From positions 24,891 through 88,890 of the forward strand of contig CANHOA010000003.1 in the NCBI GenBank assembly GCA_947462255.1: a DNA stretch of 64,000 nucleotides, given 5' to 3'. The DNA comes from Flavobacteriales bacterium. Its GTDB lineage: Bacteria > Bacteroidota > Bacteroidia > Flavobacteriales_D > Crocinitomicaceae. The notes below the pieces were generated by a model that saw only the letters and a program-made list of their open reading frames with translations, did no database searches and was not told the DNA's origin. The position numbers and the translations under genes were made by a program. Below, piece by piece: positions 57,360-64,000 of this stretch (position 1 is its first letter; each line of letters starts with the position of its first letter).

Positions 57360-57793
57360 ACATTAATTTTATTAATCCTTAATTGATGTCGACCGCCTTC
57401 AAAATCAGTTGTAAGGAACGCATCCACCATCTGTATTCCTTCTTCTATTGTTATAAATCTTGCTGGTAATGCAATGATGTTAGCGTTGTTGTGTTGCCTG
57501 GCTAAAACCGCAATTTCTTTCGTCCAACAAAGCGCGCTCCGAACACCTTGATGTTTATTTGCAGTCATGTTTATCCCATTTCCAGATCCACAAATTAAGA
57601 TGCCTAAAATATTTTCGTCAGCACTTACAAATTCAGCGACTGGATGAGCATAATCGGGATAATCGATACTATCCTCTGAAAAGCAACCAAAATCCTGCAG
57701 TTTAAAACCTTTTGCACTGAGGTGTTTTAATATTGCTTCTTTTAGTGTGTGACCGGCATGATCGCAGCCAATTGGTATTATATATCCATTCAT
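57356..57793 (-). CDS. rpiB: Ribose-5-phosphate isomerase B
   Basis: 145 aa counted from MNGYIIPIGCDHAGH, with ICGSGNGINMTANK. ATG 57793 is preferred over the TTG at 57829. Confidence 0.9.
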   Translation of the reverse strand: MNGYIIPIGCDHAGHTLKEAILKHLSAKGFKLQDFGCFSEDSIDYPDYAHPVAEFVSADENILGILICGSGNGINMTANKHQGVRSALCWTKEIAVLARQHNNANIIALPARFITIEEGIQMVDAFLTTDFEGGRHQLRINKINV

Positions 57794-58427
57794 TTTTAAA
57801 ATTTTGTTAAAGTTAATTTTAATTAACAATTCATGTGTTTTTTTAACTTTAAAGCTTTTTTAAAATACATAAAATACTGTTTATCAATATATTATATTTA
57901 TAGTTTATCAACTATTTTTGGTAACGTTTGTTAATAAAGTTGTATAAGTAGTTAAATGTTTTTATAGGATATAAAAAATAAAATAACAAGACAATTTCTT
58001 TTTTAAACAAGCGCTATAACTTAGCTTTTTTTATTCCTTATTTCGCAACAAGAAATACACAAAATAGCTATTAACAATTGATTTTATTTTTCAACAAAGA
58101 AAGTTGTTTAGAGTTTGTTAATTATTTATAAAAAGCAATTTATTATTAAGAAATTTTGAGATTATCAATGTTTGAAAATACTAGTCAACTTATTATGCTG
58201 AGCAAAAAAAGAATAACACATTATTTTTTTTAACATATAAACAACGTTAATAGTAATAGCAAATTCTTTTTAATAATTTTAAATAATTATATTATTCTTT
58301 ATTACTGGGAATGAGATAATAAGGCATTTTTACAGATCATATACTTACTTTTACTTCATAAAGTGAGACATTTAAGTGAAAAGGTGTTAAATTAATCAAA
58401 AGACTTTTCAAGTAGTATTAGAAAGTA

Positions 58428-58435
58428 TAATTTTG
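58428..58435 (+). promoter_or_regulatory. Candidate -7 promoter box (TAATTTTG) for the 58450 operon
   Basis: Matches TAnnTTTG and ends 14 nt upstream of ATG 58450. Confidence 0.4.
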
Positions 58436-58449
58436 CAGGGACAAGCAGC

Positions 58450-61400
58450 ATGGAAAACTCATTCGATCGTTTAATAAATCAAATTGACGCGTTTATTCGT
58501 AAGTATTATGCGAATGAAATTGTCAAGGGTACGTTATTATTTCTCGGTATATTATTACTTTCCTATTTATCAATATCCATATTTGAATATTTAGGAAGAT
58601 TTAATAGCATAGTAAGAGCTTGTTTTTTATTTAGTTTCATACTGTTAAATGGTTATGTTCTAATAAAATATATTTTAAATCCAATAGCCAAACTGTTCTC
58701 TTTTGGAAAGAAGATAGATAGGTACCAGGCAAGTGAAATAATCGGTATTTTTTTTCCTCATATTTCTGATCGTTTAAAAAACACTTTACAATTAAATGAT
58801 GCTTTAACGAGTCAGCAAGGAAATCTGGAATTGTTATATGCTACAGTCCATCAACGATCTGAGAATCTTAATTCTGTTCCTTTTGTTGAAGCTATTATTA
58901 TTAAAAATAATAAAAAATATCTAAAATTTATACTTCCACTTTTCCTTGTTTTATTATCTATCGCTGTTTTTCTTCCAGCGGTTCTTACTCAAAGCACAGA
59001 ACGTGTTGTTAATTTTAATCAAGAATTTAAACCTGTTGCTCCTTTTAATTTTAGTGTTAATAAGAATAATTTAACGATTGAAGAAGGCCAGGATGTTCAA
59101 GTTGATTTATCATTAAAAGGGTCTTTTTTACCAGAAAATGTCTATTTAGTTTGTTCAAATGGTAAGTTTTTAATGCAAAAACAAACAAAGAATACATTTA
59201 CCTTAAGTATTAAAAAACCAAAAAACGCTGGTCTTTTCTATTTTACTGCAAATGAATATCGAAGTGAAGATTTCAAGTATACCGTTTTAGGTAAATCAAT
59301 AATTGGAAAAATGACAGCCTCTTTAGTATATCCAAGTTACTTAGGAAAAGTTAATAATGTCATTACAAATTCTGGTGATTTAACAGTTCCTGAGGGCACC
59401 ATTATAACTTGGAGTATTTTAACTAAAAACACTAAAAAAACAAGAATAACGTACAATAATATACCTAGTATTTTTTATACAGAGGGTTTTGTTTTTAAGA
59501 AAACAGCTAAAAACTATTCAAGTTTGAAGTTAGATTTATATAATTCCTTTACACCTAAAATAGATTCTAGTATTAGTCACATTACGGTAATTAAAGACGC
59601 TTTTCCTACAATTACCTTAACAGAGCGCATTGACTCAGTAGGGGAAGGACTCCGATATTTTAATGGTGAAATTGGTGATGATTATGGATTGAAAAGTCTC
59701 TATTTTGTTTATACTTTGATTAGTTCTAACGGTGATAGAAAGAAAAATATGCTTTTAGTAAAGCCGGTTAATGGAACTAGATCTGCATTCGATTTCGCAG
59801 TAGATTTTAGAAGGGAAAATGTAAAGCTAAACGACCGTATTGAATATTATTTTACTGTTTCAGACAATGATGGTGTAAACGGAAGTAAAAGTACTCAAAG
59901 CCAGTTAAACACCTATCAGTTACCTAGTCTAGAGGATTTAAACGACCAAAGAAGTGAAGATCAAAAAAAGAATAAGGATGATTTAGCCAAATTGGTTCAG
60001 AAGACACAAGAATTTCAGAAGAACGTAGAAAAGCTAAAAAAAGAAATAATAAACTCCAAATCCAACGATTGGAATAAAGTAAACAAAGCTGCGCAACTCA
60101 AAGAAGAACAAAAGAATTTGGTAGAATCACTTGAGAAATTGAAGTCTGAAATGAATCAAAGCACAGAAGAGAAAAATCAACTCTCTGAAATGGACAAGGA
60201 AATTCTTGAAAAACAAGATCTCATCGAAAAACTACTAGAAAGCTTAATGGATGACGAATTAAAAAAATTATTAGAAGAATTAGAAAATTTAATGAAGGAA
60301 AATAATAAACAAGAACTTAAAGAGAAAATAGATGAAGTTTCTCAATCTGCCGAGGATATGAAAACGCAGTTGGATCGGAGTTTAGAATTGTTGAAAAAAC
60401 TTCAGGTAAATGAGAAAATAGATGATCTTGAAAAAGAACTTAAAGACTTAGCAAAACAACAAGAAGCTTTAAAACAAGACATAGAAGCAAAGAAACTTTC
60501 AAAGGAAGAATCAAGCGAAAAACAAAATGAATTAAATAAAAAATTCGACGAACTAAAGAACGACATAAAAGAAATGAATGAATTAAATAAAAAACTTGAT
60601 AGTCCTATGTCGTTAAAAAACACGAAATCTCAAGAAGAAAGCATCACTGATGAAATGAAAGATGCTAAAGAATCACTCGAACAGGGCAAAGATAAAAAAG
60701 CTGGCACTAACCAAAAATCAGCCGCTGAACAAATGAATGACTTAGCAGAGCAATTAGATAAAGACCAACAAGAATCCAATCAAAAGCAAAACGAAGAAGA
60801 TATGGAAGCGCTTCGTAATATATTAGAAAGTCTAATTACGCTAAGTTTCAATCAAGAAACCCTAATTGCTAAATTTAAAAAAATAAGTTCAACAGACCCC
60901 TCATATAAAAAGCATGGTCGGTCCCAAAGAAGCATTGTAAGCGACACAGAAATAGTTAGAGATAGTTTGTTAGCATTAGCAAAAAGACAACCTAAAATAG
61001 CCTCTTTTGTCGATAAGGAGTTAAGTGCAATCAAAGATAACCTAGAATTAGCTATCAATTCCATTGATGAGCATAGAAAATCAGATCTGGAGAAGCATCA
61101 ACAATTAACAATGACCTCATACAATAACCTTGCGCTATTGCTTAATGAAGCCTTGCAACAAATGCAGTCTGAAATGAAGTCTCAGCAGCCTGGAACAGGA
61201 ACATGTAATAAGCCAGGTAACGGCAAACCTAAACCAGGAGGGCTTTCTTCCGGCGATATGAAGGAAATGCTTAAGAAACAACTTGAGCAATTAAAAAAAG
61301 GACTTTCGCCAGGAGATGGAAAAGAAGGACAAAAACCAGGTACTAAACCAGGTATGGGTATGACGGGTTTAGGTAATAAAGAGATTGCTAAAATGGCTGC

Positions 61401-61794
61401 GGAACAAACAGCAATACGTCAAAAGTTAGAACAAATGCGAAATGAATTAAACAAAGACGGTCAGGGGTCAGGGAATAAACTTTCACCACTAATCAAAGAA
61501 CTTGAGGATCAAGAGCGTGCACTCATAAACAATCAACCTAATCCTGATTTGATAAATAGACAAAAAGAAATATTAACACGATTATTGGAAAGCGAAAAAG
61601 CGTTAATGGAACGTGGATTTGAAGATAAAAGAGAATCTAAAGAGGGTGAAAACATAAATAATGGTAACCTAATACGATTTGACGAGTACAACAAACAAAA
61701 ATTAAAACAAATTGATATATTGAGATCTGTTGACCCATCTTTTAGTAAGTATTACAAAGATAAAGCAAATCAATATTTTAATTTGAGTGAATAA
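58450..61794 (+). CDS. Membrane-anchored giant coiled-coil protein (DUF4175-like)
   Basis: 1114 aa with three N-terminal TM segments and a ~300-aa beta-rich region. A ~300-aa K/E/Q/L-rich coiled-coil region follows at about 59930-60850. A P/G/K-rich linker (QQPGTGTCNKPGNGKPKPGG..GQKPGTKPGMGMTG) lies at about 61184-61385, followed by a helical C-terminus. The family name is from memory only. Confidence 0.6.
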   Translation: MENSFDRLINQIDAFIRKYYANEIVKGTLLFLGILLLSYLSISIFEYLGRFNSIVRACFLFSFILLNGYVLIKYILNPIAKLFSFGKKIDRYQASEIIGIFFPHISDRLKNTLQLNDALTSQQGNLELLYATVHQRSENLNSVPFVEAIIIKNNKKYLKFILPLFLVLLSIAVFLPAVLTQSTERVVNFNQEFKPVAPFNFSVNKNNLTIEEGQDVQVDLSLKGSFLPENVYLVCSNGKFLMQKQTKNTFTLSIKKPKNAGLFYFTANEYRSEDFKYTVLGKSIIGKMTASLVYPSYLGKVNNVITNSGDLTVPEGTIITWSILTKNTKKTRITYNNIPSIFYTEGFVFKKTAKNYSSLKLDLYNSFTPKIDSSISHITVIKDAFPTITLTERIDSVGEGLRYFNGEIGDDYGLKSLYFVYTLISSNGDRKKNMLLVKPVNGTRSAFDFAVDFRRENVKLNDRIEYYFTVSDNDGVNGSKSTQSQLNTYQLPSLEDLNDQRSEDQKKNKDDLAKLVQKTQEFQKNVEKLKKEIINSKSNDWNKVNKAAQLKEEQKNLVESLEKLKSEMNQSTEEKNQLSEMDKEILEKQDLIEKLLESLMDDELKKLLEELENLMKENNKQELKEKIDEVSQSAEDMKTQLDRSLELLKKLQVNEKIDDLEKELKDLAKQQEALKQDIEAKKLSKEESSEKQNELNKKFDELKNDIKEMNELNKKLDSPMSLKNTKSQEESITDEMKDAKESLEQGKDKKAGTNQKSAAEQMNDLAEQLDKDQQESNQKQNEEDMEALRNILESLITLSFNQETLIAKFKKISSTDPSYKKHGRSQRSIVSDTEIVRDSLLALAKRQPKIASFVDKELSAIKDNLELAINSIDEHRKSDLEKHQQLTMTSYNNLALLLNEALQQMQSEMKSQQPGTGTCNKPGNGKPKPGGLSSGDMKEMLKKQLEQLKKGLSPGDGKEGQKPGTKPGMGMTGLGNKEIAKMAAEQTAIRQKLEQMRNELNKDGQGSGNKLSPLIKELEDQERALINNQPNPDLINRQKEILTRLLESEKALMERGFEDKRESKEGENINNGNLIRFDEYNKQKLKQIDILRSVDPSFSKYYKDKANQYFNLSE

Positions 61795-61808
61795 TTTAGT
61801 AACTATCT

Positions 61809-62222
61809 ATGAAAGAAGGCTTTACGATAATTAAATCATTAAAATTACCATCTAATAATGATGCTATTGGGCTTGTTGAAAACCTGATTGATGAAATTTG
61901 TGCGGAATTAGCTGTGAATGAAGACGCTTATGGTAATGTTCTTATTGCTGTTACAGAGGGAATAAATAATGCGATTCAACACGGTAATAAGTATAACGAT
62001 TCACTTTTTATAACCCTCGCAGTTTCTAATAATTCAGATGAATTCTGTTTCGCTATCACAGATCAAGGCAGTGGCTTCGATTATGACGCTTTACCTGACC
62101 CAACGGCTCCAGAGAATATTATGAAGGAAAATGGAAGGGGAGTGTATTTAATGAGGAACCTGGCTGATGAGGTTATTTACGAAGATCTCGGAAAAACTGT
62201 TTGTATTTATTTTAATAGATGA
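61809..62222 (+). CDS. RsbW/SpoIIAB-like ATP-binding protein (anti-sigma serine kinase fold, HATPase_c_2)
   Basis: 137 aa with N-box EGINNAIQHGN, G1 DQGSGF and G2 GRGVYLM. Confidence 0.75.
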   Translation: MKEGFTIIKSLKLPSNNDAIGLVENLIDEICAELAVNEDAYGNVLIAVTEGINNAIQHGNKYNDSLFITLAVSNNSDEFCFAITDQGSGFDYDALPDPTAPENIMKENGRGVYLMRNLADEVIYEDLGKTVCIYFNR

Positions 62223-62647
62223 TATCTTATAATTTTTTGAATGATGAAATTCCGGAATTTGATCCGGAATTTTTTGTTTTAACCTTGCCCGAACTTATTT
62301 CTAATGAAGGGAAAGAGGTGGGTGATATATCACTTGTTTTTTGTAACGATGAGCAGTTATTACTCATGAACAAAAAACACTTGGATCACGATTATTATAC
62401 TGATGTTATTACATTTGATTATACTTTGCACAATTTTATCAGTGGTGATATTTTCATTTCAGTCGATCGGGTTAGAGAAAATGCAATTGAATATAAAACC
62501 ACTTTTCATATAGAAATGTGTCGCGTTGTCTTTCATGGCACATTGCATTTGCTCGGCTATAATGATAAAACAGAACTTGATATTGTACAAATGCGCGCCA
62601 AAGAAGATTTGTATATTAATCATTTTGTTTCACGTGAAACAAAATAA
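62219..62647 (+). CDS. ybeY: rRNA maturation endoribonuclease YbeY
   Basis: 142 aa with the zinc motif HGTLHLLGYNDK. It has an ATGA overlap with the upstream gene. Confidence 0.9.
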   Translation: MISYNFLNDEIPEFDPEFFVLTLPELISNEGKEVGDISLVFCNDEQLLLMNKKHLDHDYYTDVITFDYTLHNFISGDIFISVDRVRENAIEYKTTFHIEMCRVVFHGTLHLLGYNDKTELDIVQMRAKEDLYINHFVSRETK

Positions 62648-62671
62648 ATAAACATAATTGAACAAAGTAAG

Positions 62672-64000
62672 ATGTTAAAACAATATGATGTAATTGTTGT
62701 TGGTGCTGGTCATGCAGGATGTGAAGCAGCAAATGCTGCTGCCTTAATGGGTAGTAGTGTTTTATTGATTACTATGAACATGAACACAATTGCTCAAATG
62801 AGTTGTAATCCAGCGATGGGAGGTGTTGCAAAAGGACAAATTGTTAGGGAAATTGATGCTTTAGGTGGTGGATCGGGAATAGTAAGTGATAGAAGCGCTA
62901 TTCAATTTAGAATGTTGAATTTATCTAAAGGTCCGGCAATGTGGTCGCCAAGAACTCAGAACGATCGCATGTTATTTGCATCTGAGTGGCGCCTATTATT
63001 GGAACGAAATAAAAACGTAGATTTCTGGCAGGACACTTGTTCGGGTTTAATTATAGAAGGAAATACAATTATTGGTGTTCACACAGCTTTAGGCATGCCT
63101 GTTTATGCGAAGTCTGTGGTTTTAACCAATGGTACTTTTTTAAATGGATTAATTCATTTGGGAGAAAAACAATTCGGTGGAGGCAGGGCTGCTGAGCGGT
63201 CTTCAACAGGAATCACTGAGGAGCTTATAAAACTGGGGTTTGAATCTGGTCGAATGAAGACAGGAACTCCACCGCGTGTTGATGGAAGATCCTTGGATTA
63301 TTCTCAAATGGAGATGCAGGAAGGTGATATAAATCCACCCAAATTCAGTTATTCAGACACCGAAAGTTTAGTTAAGCAACGACCATGTTATATTACCTAC
63401 ACGAATAGCGAAACCCATGATGTTTTACGAACAGGCTTTGATAGGTCGCCAATGTTTAATGGTGCAATTAAAAGCAAAGGACCAAGGTATTGCCCAAGTA
63501 TAGAGGATAAGATAAGCAGATTTGCCGATCGCGACCGGCATCAAATATTCGTTGAGCCTGAAGGATGGGATACGATAGAAATTTATGTAAATGGGTTCAG
63601 TACCTCTTTGCCCGAAGACGTTCAACTTTTAGCTTTAAAAACAATTAAAGGCTTTGAAAATGTAAAAATGTTCCGTCCCGGATATGCTATAGAATACGAT
63701 TACTTTCCACCGACTCAGTTGAAGCATACATTAGAAACAAAGCGCATACAAAATCTTTATTTTGCAGGGCAAATAAATGGTACAACCGGGTATGAAGAGG
63801 CCGCGTGTCAAGGATTGATGGCTGGAATTAATGCTCACTTAAAAAACACTTCACAAGAACCTTTTATATTATCTAGAAGTGAGGCTTATATCGGTGTTTT
63901 AATTGATGATCTTATTACGAAAGGCACGAAAGAACCGTATCGAATGTTTACAAGTAGGGCCGAATATCGTATCCTGCTTCGTCAAGATAATGCTGATGTA
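62672..64000 (+). CDS. mnmG: tRNA uridine 5-carboxymethylaminomethyl modification enzyme MnmG (GidA), partial (continues past the right edge)
   Basis: Not in the track because it has no stop in the window. My translation runs [61 protein letters not shown].. Confidence 0.95.
   Translation, partial: MLKQYDVIVVGAGHAGCEAANAAALMGSSVLLITMNMNTIAQMSCNPAMGGVAKGQIVREIDALGGGSGIVSDRSAIQFRMLNLSKGPAMWSPRTQNDRMLFASEWRLLLERNKNVDFWQDTCSGLIIEGNTIIGVHTALGMPVYAKSVVLTNGTFLNGLIHLGEKQFGGGRAAERSSTGITEELIKLGFESGRMKTGTPPRVDGRSLDYSQMEMQEGDINPPKFSYSDTESLVKQRPCYITYTNSETHDVLRTGFDRSPMFNGAIKSKGPRYCPSIEDKISRFADRDRHQIFVEPEGWDTIEIYVNGFSTSLPEDVQLLALKTIKGFENVKMFRPGYAIEYDYFPPTQLKHTLETKRIQNLYFAGQINGTTGYEEAACQGLMAGINAHLKNTSQEPFILSRSEAYIGVLIDDLITKGTKEPYRMFTSRAEYRILLRQDNADV

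Noticed and set aside
57881-58170. Possible oriC: DnaA-box-like 9-mers TTATCAATA (57881-57889), TTATCAACT (57905-57913) and TTATCAATG (58162-58170) in the AT-rich spacer near mnmG.
   Set aside because: Each has 2-3 mismatches to TTATCCACA, which is expected by chance in such AT-rich DNA. There is no dnaA or dnaN nearby and no clustered perfect boxes. It cannot be settled without whole-replicon GC skew.
60402-61064. Antisense ORFs 60402-60623 and 60852-61064 within the coiled-coil gene.
   Set aside because: The purine-rich AAG/GAA coding strand leaves the complementary frames free of stops. The predicted peptides are F/S/L low-complexity strings.
1-64000. CRISPR arrays, IS elements/transposases, integrases, prophage genes, restriction-modification, toxin-antitoxin or other known defence systems.
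   Set aside because: I saw no direct-repeat/spacer array, no terminal inverted repeats flanking an ORF, and no ORF with recombinase, nuclease-methylase or phage structural motifs. The only mobility-related trace is the 17-nt tRNA-Ser duplication reported above.

Overview
This is an AT-rich chromosomal segment that reads as Bacteroidota (Flavobacteriia/Cytophagia-like). Four proteins carry type IX secretion (T9SS) C-terminal sorting domains, three of type A and one of type B. Several genes are preceded by the phylum-typical TAnnTTTG -7 box. The conserved neighbourhoods ftsX-DUF3098-uppP-truB, short GlgA-like-DUF4270-glmS and sdhCAB (b558 type) are present. I call 55 protein-coding genes, one tRNA-Ser(GGA), three terminator-like hairpins and six candidate promoters. 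Two CDS are cut by the window edges. The left one, a >=1432-aa T9SS cargo protein on the minus strand at 1-4296, is missing from the supplied ORF track because it has no stop inside the window. Most content is housekeeping: galE, tatD, ansA, pth, asnS, rpoN, glmS, panCD, hemL, kynU, purN, acpP-fabF-rnc, sdhCAB, ispD, cysS, truB, uppP, ftsX, ispG, udk, hemW, rpiB, ybeY and mnmG. I found no CRISPR array, transposase, integrase, restriction-modification, toxin-antitoxin or other recognisable defence or mobile system, and I cannot point to a clearly novel system with confidence. Seven loci seem most worth a second look. (1) A tightly coupled operon encodes a 1114-aa membrane-anchored coiled-coil protein, a partner-less RsbW/SpoIIAB-like kinase and ybeY, behind a 656-bp very AT-rich leader. 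(2) A T9SS cargo protein has a ~300-aa GC-rich glycine/collagen-like core containing a (GGC)7 microsatellite. (3) A translationally coupled operon runs hemL-SDR-CruF-like-crtZ-lycopene cyclase, without crtB or crtI. (4) A 17-nt duplicate of the tRNA-Ser 3' end sits in an 870-bp non-coding region. (5) A G11 homopolymer lies inside a membrane-protein gene. (6) A 1201-aa orphan NtrY-like histidine kinase is coupled to udk. (7) The unlisted giant choice-of-anchor I / Calx-beta protein sits at the left edge. All functional calls rest on motif recognition by eye; no database search was run.
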